Below, one piece after another: positions 30,367 through 41,900 of a stretch of DNA of 64,000 nucleotides. Positions within the stretch are counted from its first letter, which is position 1. The number at the start of each line of letters is the position of its first letter. The DNA lies in contig OX337242.1 in the NCBI GenBank assembly GCA_946965045.2, positions 868,001 through 932,000 on the forward strand, given 5' to 3'. Below the pieces are notes generated by a model. That model was not told the origin of the DNA. It made no database searches and saw only the letters and a program-made list of their open reading frames with translations. The stretch is from Epithemia pelagica. Taxonomy: Eukaryota > Protista > Bacillariophyta. Made by a program: the position numbers and the translations under genes.

Positions 30367-33300
30367 ATGAGAAGTGCTAGCAAAGATCCGTTTGCTTCGA
30401 CTTCGCAGGCACTGGGACGGGCCCGAGAACGACGAACGCAACGGACCTCGACGTCGGTTGGTCGACGAGGATTGGAAGAAGACGAGGATGAGGACCACCC
30501 TCCGCAACCGACGGAACAGCGACATCGCCGGAGTAGTAGCAGCAAACACCGTCACACCGAATCGAGCGGATCCGATGCGGCGATTCCCTCTCGAACTTCT
30601 CAGAACAAGGGAACACCCAGTCGTCCATCATCTAAAAGTTCGGAACCGACTTCCTCGACGACGCCCAGTCGACAACATCGCAAACTCGGATCGGGCAGCA
30701 ACCACAACGACGAGGGATCGCAACCGTTACAAACGACGCCTCATCGAGGTGGAGTTAGTACCAACATTACCAGACCTAAAAAGTCTAAGTCTGTGACATC
30801 AGGAGCCGATCATGGTGGTAGTATGGATTCCCTACCAAGTACCTTTCGCACCAATCCGAATCAAGCCGATCCGATCCTCTTTTATTTGCCTCGATTGATC
30901 AGTTCAGAAGAAAAGGACGATGAGTCGCTATTGGATCTCAAGAGTTTATTACAAGCCGCAGAAGACGATGTTCGTCTGCACAGGGGACGGGTCCAAGCTG
31001 GTCTAAAAAAGGGTAAGACTCATTATTGTGAAAGATGATTGCGTGGAACCAGTAAATTTTCTTACGGGCATGGTTCTGCCGTTCTTTGAACACGTTTCAG
31101 ATATGCGCTTGATTCGAACGTACACATTGGAGAATGACCCTGCCTATCGTTCTCGTCAAGAGCGGTTGACAGAGCACCGAGATTTAGTAGAATCCTTGGA
31201 ACGCGATGCTCCCAATATCATGTCCGCCTTGTCCGGTGACCAACCGGTGGTCAAGGGCAAAACCGTCGCCGAAATGGCCCAGTTGCATTTGCAGCAATGG
31301 CAACGAGCCTTGGAAGTCTATGTGCAATGCCCACCGTCCGAGGACCAAAAAGGCACCAGCGCTACGACGGGTGGATATTCGTCAACCCCTGCAAAACCAA
31401 CGGCCGATTTGGATTGGTCCACCTTGTTTGATTTACTCTTGTCTGGCATTCCGGAAGACCAGGATATCTCCCAAATCCTCTTGCAGGCAGGGGAGATGTG
31501 CAGTTCCCTGGTGGAATCCTCCAGAACCATTGTCCACGACGCCGCGCAGCATGTGGCCGATTTGGAATCCAGTTATCGGATTCGATTGGAAGCCCATTCT
31601 GAATTCTCGCGGCATTCCGTACAAGTAGTCGGTCAGATTGAAGATCAGTTTAAACGATCCGGTCGTACGGCTCTACAGATTGGACAGCAATTGGAGCATG
31701 CCGAATTGAAACGATCTCAATGTGAAGCCGCGTCGGTGTTGATTCGACGATGGTGGGTCTTGGAAACCTTGGCCGAACAAGAAGCTCAATCCGATGAACC
31801 TGTGGAAGTCATGGAGGAAGTTTTAGGACGCAAGTCACCTGAGGCGTGTCAAATGGATCCCTTGTACACTCGACCGGAAAATTCCTTGGAAGCCGCGCGG
31901 GCCTTGAAACAGTTGAGAGCGGTGATTCGCGCCAAGGGCCATGCGGCGGGGGGTAGTGCCAGTTCTGGATTAAACGACAAAGCGGCACAAGGACGCTTTG
32001 ATTTGACTGCCTCCTTGATTCACAGGACCTCGGAGGCCTTGGAGAAGAGATTGTTGAGCACGTTCGAAAAGGTTTATACGGAAGGTGGCGGAGCCTACGA
32101 TTTCTCTGCCAAACCACGACCAGGCTCCATGGATTGGAGAGAATTGCGTTCCTTGGCCCAAGCCTTGCTCTTGTTTGACTCGGGACGAAGCTTACACAAG
32201 CACTATGTCGATATGGTGGTCACGTCACGGTTCCCCGAACTATTCCAAAAATCAATCAACGAAATGTCCAAGAAAAGGTCTGGTGATGCTGAATTTGATA
32301 TGGATTCGACGCGAAGTAAATTATCCAATCTCTTTCATCGTGTCAGCGACGTCTGTACGGCGGAATTCGAACTCATTGCCTACGTCTTTGGCTCGAATGC
32401 CATTCTCACTCCCAGCGATTCGTCCAAGAAGGGAAAGAATGACAAGTCCTCCGCTGCTCGTCGTTCCGATCGGATGGCCGATGGAAGTGAGGAAATGGCA
32501 CTGGTGGTCGCCCGTGCCTTGTTGCAACGAGTCATTTCTGATCCGGTCAATGGGTTGCAGGCTCGTATTAATGACTTGTTGGCAAGCATTGATCGCATTG
32601 GGGACTTTGATGCGGGAGCCAAGAAATTGGATACCTTTGTGGTGATTCACGAAAAGGCTGCCGGTCTCTTTTCGCTCTTGAAGGAAGCAGCGGATCGAAT
32701 GATTCCCAATTACGATAAGAACGTTGCGATTTTGTCAGCGGCCCAAATGGCTGCCAAGAATGCAGTGGATTCCCTCAAGGGCTTTTTGACGTCACAAGAA
32801 TTGGCCCTCAGTAACACACATCGACAAGGATATATCAATTTGGAACTTCGTCTTTTGCACCATGATTGTTGCACCAGTCTTGATCAAGCAGGATGTACCT
32901 TGGTGAAAACACCCCCGCGACGACCCGATAAGTCTCTGATTGAGAAGGGGATTCTGGAAGAGTACAAGGCTCCCATCTTGCCCTTACACAAGTTGTCGTT
33001 GGCCAAGAGAGGATTCACGGGTATCCTGGCTGGTCCGTTGAAGCAATCCGTCTTGCGACAACCCTTGATTCATGCCACCGATTCTTTGGCCCGTGCTCGT
33101 CTCATGTTTGGCACCACCAAACGAGGAGGGGAGACCACGGCACGCGTCATTTTGAGTATCTACAACCAAATGTGCAACTTTTATGGACATGGTTTCTTGT
33201 ATCCGATTGTGGAAACCATCAAGGAAATGTTACCTTCTCATCCGCCCGCTCAAATGCCACCGCTCCCCTTCGACGAAGAACAGGAAGCACCCGATTTGGG

Positions 33301-34201
33301 TGTCTCACCCGCCTTTTGGGTGGCCTTGGAACGTGTCCATTCCGCAAGCAAATCCTTTGATCGAGAATTGTGGGCGGAAAATCGTGAGGGAAGTCATCGT
33401 GTTTGGGAAATTTTGAGTTTGTGTGGAGACGAATCGTCCATATCGGTGGCCCGTGATTTCCGGATTGCCTTTTACACTGATTTGGAACGTCGTGGAGAGG
33501 CGGCCATTTTGAGTGCCTTGGATACCTTGAGTACACACATTCAGTGGGTGTTGGTTGCCGGTGGAGAATCCATGATGGCCACAGGCGGAACCCGCATCTT
33601 TAATCAACTCACGGGACAAGCGGGTGGTCCCTACTCAATACCGGCCGGATCGTCCTTGGATACACCCAATAGTCCAGCCATCAAGTCGTTAACGTACTGC
33701 CTGCGGGTCCAATTTGTTCATGTCCAAGCGGCCCTCACAGCCAAATCCTTGGCCAACTTTTGGACGGCCTTGTCCATGCGGTTATACGATATTTTGGTGG
33801 CTCGGTTGTTGCAGCACTATACCGTGTCGACGGTGGGTGCCGTCATTTTGTCACGTGATATTGAGGCGTTGCGATCCGTGTCCATGCTGGCCGGAACAGA
33901 GCATTCTCATTGGGATCTGTTGAGAGAACTCGTGACCTTGTACATGACACCACCGGATGCTATCAAGACATTGTTGCTAGGACCGGAAGGCGATACATCC
34001 AAGGGTTTGTTTGCCAAGGCAGGTCGTGATCATTCTCTGGTCTTTTTGAGTCGACGAAATGATTATCGGTACAAGACCACAACTGGTCCCAAAAAGAGTA
34101 CCTGGGTGACGGAAATGCTCATTGACCTGAACATGGTAGATCCCTCGGATGGTACCATTAACATTGGATCATTTGCGGCCGGACGAAGCACCGCTTCATG
34201 A
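30367..34201 (+). CDS. SEC10: Exocyst complex component Sec10/EXOC5-like, 2 exons
   Basis: FKRSGRTALQIGQQLEHAELKR and CTAEFELIAYVF match Sec10; long all-helical body; intron 31013-31100 joins the two ORFs in frame. Disordered N-terminal extension. Confidence 0.7.
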
Positions 34202-34949
34202 GGGCGTACAACTATGGACAACCTGACGTCTCGTGGGACTCATCGGGTCTCGGCAGTGTTCCAGCTTTCCGCATCTCTCTTTGAACGACATCCATGATGG
34301 ACGAGAGACGAGAGGACCCATTTTCTTCGTTCATTCTCCTCCCGTGTTATCCCATCCTTCAAATGCTCACTGAATGCTCACTGGCCATGTATGTAGCTCA
34401 TTATGTTTTCTCTAGGAATTCCTACGAGACCCTTTTGGCATCCCTAGTCCCTATGTTCGCACCTTGTCAGTGGATTGTGAGCTACCTAGACTATACCTAG
34501 CTAGAGGCACTTTGCAATCCACACTGTCTGTCCATGGCGGTTGAAAGACTTTTATTTAGAGGAGTAGCAGTAATGATTTCTTTTGAAAATTTGCCGCTAG
34601 AGAGTGTTGCCCGCTCCATTCACCACGTCAAAGTCGTCCAAACGTCAACACGCGAAGGCCGCATTGTTAATTGAGGCTACTGCCAAGAGAAGACGAAGAA
34701 CATTTGTCTTGTTACGAGCAACCTGTCTTCTGTTGTTCGATCCCAAAGAACCGCAAGGGAGAGAAAGAGAGGCCTGGACAAGACTTTGTGTGGGTGTTTT
34801 GTGTTCGTTAGTTGGTGAGTCTGTTGCTCCAACAATTCACGTTCTCGTCCTGGACAAATTGACTGTTCAACGGCTATACTTTTACGTAGAAAGGAAAGGG
34901 GCACGATACTTGTTTTGATTTCTTGCTAAAGCAAGAAAGTGTCTCTATT

Positions 34950-36110
34950 ATGGATCAAGATTCGAATGATTTGACGTCAACGTCCGTGTCGTCCGCAGAT
35001 AGTGGACAGTCGTCTTCCTCGGCATCTCCTCCACCCCCTCCTCCCAATAGCATTTCCATGGACAGTAGCAGCACGGCGCAACAACAACAACAACAACGAA
35101 CATCGACGTTGGATCCGGAAAAGTCGTATACCGACTTGGAAGTTTGGTTGTCCAAGTTAAAGGAAGGGACACCATTGACGGAATCCGAAGTCAAAACATT
35201 GACCGAATTGGCGCGTGAACGATTGTTGCAAGAATCCAACGTGCAGCCTGTCCAAGCGCCGGTCACGATTTGTGGTGACATTCATGGCCAATGGCACGAT
35301 TTGATGGAATTGTTTCGTATTGGAGGATCGGCACCGGATACCAACTACTTGTTTATGGGCGATTATGTGGATCGAGGCTACTATTCGGTAGAAACTGTCT
35401 CCTTGCTTGTTTGTCTCAAGATCCGATACCCCGATCGAGTCTTTATTTTGCGAGGCAATCACGAAAGCCGTCAAATTACGCAAGTCTATGGCTTTTACGA
35501 TGAATGTGTCCGTAAATACGGTTCCGCCAATGTCTGGAAGTTATTTACCGACTTGTTTGATTACTTTCCCTTGACGGCGGTGGTGGAAAATGCCATTTTT
35601 TGTTTGCACGGTGGCCTTTCGCCTAGTATTGACACTCTCGATCATGTCCGACAATTGGACCGTGTCCAAGAAGTTCCTCACGAAGGTCCCATGTGCGATT
35701 TGTTATGGTCCGATCCGGACGATCGTTCTGGATGGGGAATTTCTCCCCGCGGTGCCGGCTTTACCTTTGGATCCGATATCTCGGCCGCCTACAATCATCG
35801 GAATGGTTTGCAAATGGTTGCCCGGGCACATCAATTGGTCATGGAAGGCTACAATTGGTCTCATGAAGGAGCCGTCGTGACCATTTTTAGTGCACCTAAT
35901 TATTGTTATCGGTGTGGCAACTTGGCCGCCATTTTGGAAGTGGATGAATCCTCCGTTCTGGCGTCCACCTCTTCCTCATCACCACCTTCGCCTCCGGGAG
36001 TAGGAGGTTCGACGGGGGGATCCCGACAGTTTTTGCAATTTGATCCAGCTCCGCGACGAGGAGAACCCAATCCAGCATCCTCCCGAAAAACACCGGAATA
36101 CTTTTTATAA
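34950..36110 (+). CDS. PP2A-C: Serine/threonine protein phosphatase 2A catalytic subunit
   Basis: [32 protein letters not shown] and [11 protein letters not shown]; C-terminal TPEYFL. Confidence 0.93.
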   Translation: MDQDSNDLTSTSVSSADSGQSSSSASPPPPPPNSISMDSSSTAQQQQQQRTSTLDPEKSYTDLEVWLSKLKEGTPLTESEVKTLTELARERLLQESNVQPVQAPVTICGDIHGQWHDLMELFRIGGSAPDTNYLFMGDYVDRGYYSVETVSLLVCLKIRYPDRVFILRGNHESRQITQVYGFYDECVRKYGSANVWKLFTDLFDYFPLTAVVENAIFCLHGGLSPSIDTLDHVRQLDRVQEVPHEGPMCDLLWSDPDDRSGWGISPRGAGFTFGSDISAAYNHRNGLQMVARAHQLVMEGYNWSHEGAVVTIFSAPNYCYRCGNLAAILEVDESSVLASTSSSSPPSPPGVGGSTGGSRQFLQFDPAPRRGEPNPASSRKTPEYFL

Positions 36111-36553
36111 GCAAACATGGAAATCCATTCATGAGATGCGCCAGACAATCCCTCTTCGGAACAAAGGACTAAAATAATGGAGGACGCGGAGTCAGGGGCA
36201 ATGGCCAGGCAATTGTGTGGAATAGTAGTAAGCTTGAACGAACTGCAGTATGATTCCGTTGGGCGAAGGATTTTTTCTAGGTTGTGTTGCGAGCGACTTA
36301 AAAAGGAACCTTTGTTTTTGTGTGTCGAATGCCAATGGGAGCTTGGTTTCGTCACAGCTCGACTCAGTTCTAGCTTCGTTGTAAAATATCTCGACTGATT
36401 CTCCAGATATGCTGGGAAATGACACGGACGCAACCCAGCAGACGCCACTCAAAGAACGGGGGAATCGCTATCAAATTCCTATATAGACAACGACAGCTAC
36501 AAAACAATGGAAAACGTAGCAAAGCTTCCAAAACTGACGTACATGAATGGAAT

Positions 36554-38422
36554 CTATTCGACACTATCCGAAAAGGAAAAGTTTGGTTGATCCAAAAGCA
36601 ATCGATCGTGGGGTAATACATCAGCAGACGTTCGAAAGGTTCGTATGGATGATACAAATCCAAAGTTGGTGGCTTGGGAGGTGTACAGGCACGCATAATT
36701 CTGTACGTAAAAGGCAAAGCGCGAATCTTGATATCCTGCATTGAACAAGGCGCCCCACACTGGATGAAAGTGTGCATGCCATTCCCGAAACATGATTCCG
36801 AGCTTTTCTCGAATGGCCCGTTCTTCTTCCTCCACCTCTTCCAATACCCGATTCTGATCTTCAATGCTGAGTTCACCATTCACTATACCTCGTCGCATTT
36901 GGTCCGCATAATCGTCCAGTTCATCGCGCATCCGACGCAAGGCCATAATTTTTTGAAAGGTTGGAATGTTGTTGTGAAAGACCCGCATTTCTTCCACCAG
37001 TTCCGGGACAACAAAGCAACTCCGCCATCCCAGCGTCCTCTTGGACCGCAGCACGTCCGAGTAGAGATGATCTCCGACGTAGAGAATCTCATCTCCCGTT
37101 GTCTCCAACATGGCATGCAAATGCTGCCAATTACCACCTTGAAAGGTCTTGCCCTGCGCCAAGAATTTCGAGGGACCATTGGGACCCAAGGCATCAATGT
37201 CATAGACACCGTCGGTATTTCGCAGAGACCCATCCTTGGGATCTACTCGAAACAAATTGAGATAGGGATCCAACATGTAGGCAGGTTTGCACGAGCCTAC
37301 AATGACGAGATCAAACAATTCCAACCATTCGTTTTCTCGTTGTCTCTCGTCACTCACACGTTCCCCATGATACAGATAGTTCATGACGGTCGATGTATAT
37401 GGCCAATACGAGTTTGTCAGGAGAAAAACCTTGATTCCGTCCTCACGAAACCGTTGCAACATGGGGACCAGGTTCGGGTCCTTGACAATAAACGGCACTG
37501 GATCTCTCGCCACCTCGTCTTTAATGACACCATCTCGATGACACAGGTCGACGCACTCCCGAACCTCCTTGTACATTTCGGCATATGTTTTGAGATTAAG
37601 GACATCGTATTCTTCTTGGTCCTTGAGATTGACCAAGGAGGCAAACAAATGGGCATCCACGTACTGAAACAAGGTATCCATGTTGACAAAATGCTTTTCC
37701 GAAAAACTAATGACTTTGTTGAACGTTTTGGAGTACAAATGCTTTCTGGTTGTGGGTGATATTTCATTGAATCCATGATAGGCCACTCGAACATATTTGT
37801 GGCGGTCAATCTTTAAAAAGTTTCCGCGTTGCGTATCAATAATGAGGCCCCGCGTCCAAAAGGATGCATCGTAGTCAAACTCCAAAACTTCTTGGGGGTA
37901 TCCCTTTTGTACCAACTTTTCCTTGGTTCCTTCAAAGGCCAACAGATCAAAGGCAGGCTGATTGTATTGGGCCAAGGTATAATCCATATCAAAACCAATG
38001 GCTTGAATTCCACTCATGCGTAGTTCGCGGTTGCAAAAGACGTCGGTGGGCCGTATCGTTCTCATGGGAGGAATATTGGTCGCATGACGAAACTGAGACA
38101 CATCCAAGCCCACATCGGATAAGAGATTCGACTTGCTTTCGCCTTGGTTTTCTTGTACCTGTTGCTGTGTTTCTCCGTTGGTTGTCAAGGAAACGGATGT
38201 TTCGTTGCTCACTGTCGCTTGCAAGGGAGAGAATCGAGAGTTTCCAAGGAGTGATAATCGGGAACCCAATATCGACTGGGAAGCTTGTGGTTGTCGCAAC
38301 AACGTGAATGCATGCGTCGTAATACCACAATGAAACACAGTCTGAACCAAACTGGCAGCCCAAAGAATCTGTCTCGTGGCTCCGATAGATCTGTTCCACA
38401 TGGTTGGCAGGTTGACCCGCAA
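36554..38422 (-). CDS. HAD-IG family purine 5'-nucleotidase, predicted plastid-targeted
   Basis: IGFDMDYTLAQY (motif I) and ILYVGDHLYSDV (motif IV). Signal peptide with THA|F cleavage motif followed by a Ser/Arg-rich transit peptide. Confidence 0.88.
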   Translation of the reverse strand: MRVNLPTMWNRSIGATRQILWAASLVQTVFHCGITTHAFTLLRQPQASQSILGSRLSLLGNSRFSPLQATVSNETSVSLTTNGETQQQVQENQGESKSNLLSDVGLDVSQFRHATNIPPMRTIRPTDVFCNRELRMSGIQAIGFDMDYTLAQYNQPAFDLLAFEGTKEKLVQKGYPQEVLEFDYDASFWTRGLIIDTQRGNFLKIDRHKYVRVAYHGFNEISPTTRKHLYSKTFNKVISFSEKHFVNMDTLFQYVDAHLFASLVNLKDQEEYDVLNLKTYAEMYKEVRECVDLCHRDGVIKDEVARDPVPFIVKDPNLVPMLQRFREDGIKVFLLTNSYWPYTSTVMNYLYHGERVSDERQRENEWLELFDLVIVGSCKPAYMLDPYLNLFRVDPKDGSLRNTDGVYDIDALGPNGPSKFLAQGKTFQGGNWQHLHAMLETTGDEILYVGDHLYSDVLRSKRTLGWRSCFVVPELVEEMRVFHNNIPTFQKIMALRRMRDELDDYADQMRRGIVNGELSIEDQNRVLEEVEEEERAIREKLGIMFREWHAHFHPVWGALFNAGYQDSRFAFYVQNYACLYTSQATNFGFVSSIRTFRTSADVLPHDRLLLDQPNFSFSDSVE

Positions 38423-38735
38423 GGCGCAGTGGGTTCAGAGTATAGTTTTGGTTTCAGATCGTCGCAAGGTCTGAGAAAGCACCCAACTCTGTTTGTCACG
38501 GTGTTGTCGGAGTTTGGGGAAATCGACCCTTTTATGCACAATCAGGGTTATAGGCAATAGATTAGGGACGACGGACACAACAAGAAATTAGGGCGCCTAA
38601 TATGAGGACACTTCTACGGGTAGATATAGGTTTTGCAACGGGGAGGACTCCGTCGGTCCGCCATGAACATGTAACACTAATGAAATCGTAGTAACACACT
38701 ATGAGTAATGACTAGGTAGATTAAAGATGCTACTT

Positions 38736-39813
38736 CTAGAGCTCCACTGCTGCCAAATCTGGCCCATACTCAATTCGAGCAATGTAGTCGTCATCCCAAT
38801 TGGGATCGACATAGTCAATATCAAAGAGAGGTTCCCCATGTTGGATAGAGAGCTGTGTAACAATGGCAGCCACTCGGAATGCCTTCCCATGGTTCATCAA
38901 TCGATGGCGCCAGACTTGCTTCAAGGCCCCAAACTGCTTAAACCGCTTGTTGATTGTTTCGTGGCGGCGTCTGGAAATTGATTCCATTCGCTCGAATTCC
39001 TCAATTGCTGTCATACAGACAGCCGGGCAACGGACGTACTTTGGTGCTTCACCCCGATAACCATCGTCGGCCTCGACTCTTTCACCATCCGTGAGAAGGT
39101 CCATTATCCCACTATTGCGGAAGACTGCAATGTCATTGTAGATTCCTGGTTCCCATGGGCCAGAGATCCAGACTAGGTCACCTGTGCGAATGCACGTCGC
39201 AACCTCATATCGTAGACCGGAATGATTATACTTGTAGGAGTAGAATTTCCGTCCACTATGACGAATGAGAAAGTCTGTCCCATCCACATTCGTCAAGCAA
39301 TCATTGTCAACATCGTCATGAAACCTATTATCAAAATCAATCTGCCACAGAGAGAATACAAAGGGTTAGAACAATAGACAATAGAAAATACATACAACAT
39401 GATTGCAGTCGACTTACCACTATATCTGTTAAATAGGAGACAGCTGTCATGAACAGCCGAATCCATTTTCGGACTGTTTTGCGGTCAGGTGTACGGCCCG
39501 TAGGATCTTTACAGAGCTTCGTAAGAGTCTCTTCAGTGGGGTACACCTTGACAAACATCAGGGCCCAAAACAAATGAATGAGTTTTCCTCCGGGGGGCAA
39601 AACATCGTGCTCGACAAGAAGACTCCACAATGCGAGCATAACAACGGCAGAGCATCCAAACAGTGCTCGGAACTTCTTGTCTTCCGTTTCTGGTGCCTTG
39701 GCCTTGAAGGGGTCACACCCAAAGATGAAACGAGCCTTGTACATGATGTCCTCTGTTGTCAGCTCTTCATTTCGAGTGCGCTTGAGGGGCGGTGGCGAAT
39801 CGGCTGTCTCCAT
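38736..39813 (-). CDS. Harbinger-type DDE transposase (DDE_Tnp_4-like), 2 exons, 333 aa
   Basis: Exons 39813-39418 and 39341-38736 (76-nt GTAAGT..CAG intron). Catalytic triad in VDGTD, ADDGY and RRRHET; N-terminal HTH-like region ending DRKTVRKWI. Confidence 0.9.
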
Positions 39814-40182
39814 GGTTCGTGACGGACTCCGACGACAGCAGCAGACGAAACTCTGAATGAAGATGGTGTTCGGAATTATCCCGAGGGACAGAAGACAGAT
39901 TGGAAATTTGCAAAATCCTGGGTGGTGAGAAAGAATCATGATTGGAGGTGGACCGGTAGGAACATTCTCGCCAGAGTCCGGAAGGTGCAGAACCAACTTA
40001 CTCGTAAACGGAAGAAGCAAGCCGATGGCTGATTGATACATTTTTCTGTGGGACAGTTGGTGGTTCCATCGGAATACAACAAGTGACAAAATGTGAGACG
40101 AAGAAATTTTCAAAGTAGGTTTTCAATAGCCCCGGGACCAGGGGCTGTTTAAGAATAATGTGGAAAAGTTATGCCCAATCTA

Positions 40183-40433
40183 ATCGGGTTGAACCCGATT
40201 AGATCGGGTTGAACCCGATTAGATCGGGTTGAACCCGATTAGATCGGGTTGAACCCGATTAGATCGGGTTGAACCCGATTAGATCGGGTTGACACCGTGT
40301 AAAATCCCATAGTAATCATCATTAGATCGGGTTGAACCCGATTAGATCGGGTTGAGACCGATTAGATCGGGTTCAACCCGATTAGATCGGGTTCAACCCG
40401 ATTAGATCGGGTTCAACCCGATTAGATCGGGTT
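40183..40433. repeat. Tandem array of 20-bp palindromic units ATCGGGTT(G/C)AACCCGAT-TAG
   Basis: 5 full units plus a partial at 40183-40292, a 28-nt unique spacer at 40293-40320, then 5 units plus a partial to 40433. One unit is variant (gagacc). Confidence 0.95.
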
Positions 40434-40750
40434 AATCGAGATAAGCCCACTACAATGGCCCTGAGTCACATTTCAGAAATGAGAAACGAAATACCACACA
40501 CAGATGACTGGTTCGCTTTCTCGTTCCCTTGTCGTCAAAAAATAACGTCTCACGGGAGTCATTTTGATAATTAAAAGTAGGTTATTGCTGTCTTAGTGGT
40601 ACTCGTTATGGTCACAGGCGCGCCAACTCGTTGAAGATTTGAAACCTATCATGTGCAAAAGAGAACATCTCTTTTCTCCTCGTTCATTCGGCAGAGATCC
40701 GTCTCATAATTTCTTCACATGGTTCGGCAAAACCGTAAGTAGTTCCAACG

Positions 40751-41900
40751 ATGGAGAACGCTGATCCTGCTCCTGCTCCTGTCGGAAAGCGTCGTCGATG
40801 GGGCCCCGACGATGACGCAAAGCTTCTGCGCCTCTTTCGGATGAAGAGTGGAGGCGTCAATCCTCTGTTTCGAGACGCGCAGGACATTGAGGCTGTGCGT
40901 TTTGCTCATTGGCCTGACATCCGCGATAAGACCTTCTCGAATCGTTTTCGAGAAAAGGCACGCGATTTCTGTGTCAGCCGATCTCAAGATGGGCATCGTG
41001 CGCGTAAGTGATTGATTGTTGTGTTTCCACCGACTTCTCATTCTCTCTTCTCATCGTTGTTTCTTGACAGGTTCGAAAGCAGCGCAAGGAAAACTTCGTC
41101 TAGAAGACATATCGGACGATTCGGACGACCCATTTGAAGAGGATCTCGCTGACACGGAGTCAGCTGATGAAGAAGAGCTTATTGCGGACGACGAAGAAGA
41201 CTTGTTGATTGGTGAGACGATGCCTGTTACCCCTGCCCGCACACCAGCCTCGGCGCGAAAGAAGCCAAATCCACCCAGGTCGGCGGCCAAGAAGCTCGTT
41301 GGTGCACCAATGGAAGACTTGACTAACAAGTTTAGTCAGATGGCGGTGGCGAAGCAGAGAGTTGAGTCCAAGCATTGTCACTTTCCTTGGTTTTGCTTCC
41401 AGTACAAGGCAAATGGTGGGCGCGATCATACAACAATTCGGATCCATGGACTCTGTCGTCCGAAGAGTCATTTCAAGATTTCAGTGGTTTCAGGTGGAAA
41501 AATGTTGGAGCTGCGTGTTCGGATCTCAGATCGGCTCTACTCCAAGCCGATGAACAATGCAATCTTGCAAGCTTTGGGCATTCTTCATGACCTATCTGGT
41601 TTGAAGAATGCCTTCGAAGCCATGGTTGGCGACATTACCAAGTCCATGGAAGACAAGAAGCGCATTTGGTCGGATCCCATGCATATTCCTCTTCCGTTTG
41701 AGTGCGAAGAGCAGGTGGTGCAGTGGGATGTCATTTTTACTCCTGTGAACATCGAGGAGCTCACGGACGAGGTTGGAGGGCAACAATTCGATGCCATTGT
41801 ACATGTAGAGCTGCGCAGCACCTACGTGAATGTTGACAATGAGCAAGTCGCCACCAATCGTGTTGTCATGTTGGATGAAGACAACGACATGGATGTCTGA
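40751..41900 (+). CDS. Harbinger accessory protein: Myb/SANT-like N-terminus, acidic linker, HSP20/alpha-crystallin-like C-terminal domain, 2 exons
   Basis: Exons 40751-41003 and 41071-41900 (67-nt intron, frame restored). RRRWGPDDDAKLLRLF is Myb-like; the C-terminal beta-strand pattern is HSP20-like (by-eye inference). Confidence 0.75.

Noticed and set aside
36674-37759. Long antisense ORFs (361 aa here; also 6703-7560, 5835-6614 and others)
   Set aside because: Shadow or alternative frames of well-supported genes with no recognisable motifs.
40183-40433. CRISPR-like array
   Set aside because: Units are directly tandem with a constant 3-nt TAG linker, there is only one unique spacer, no cas genes are present, and the context is eukaryotic.
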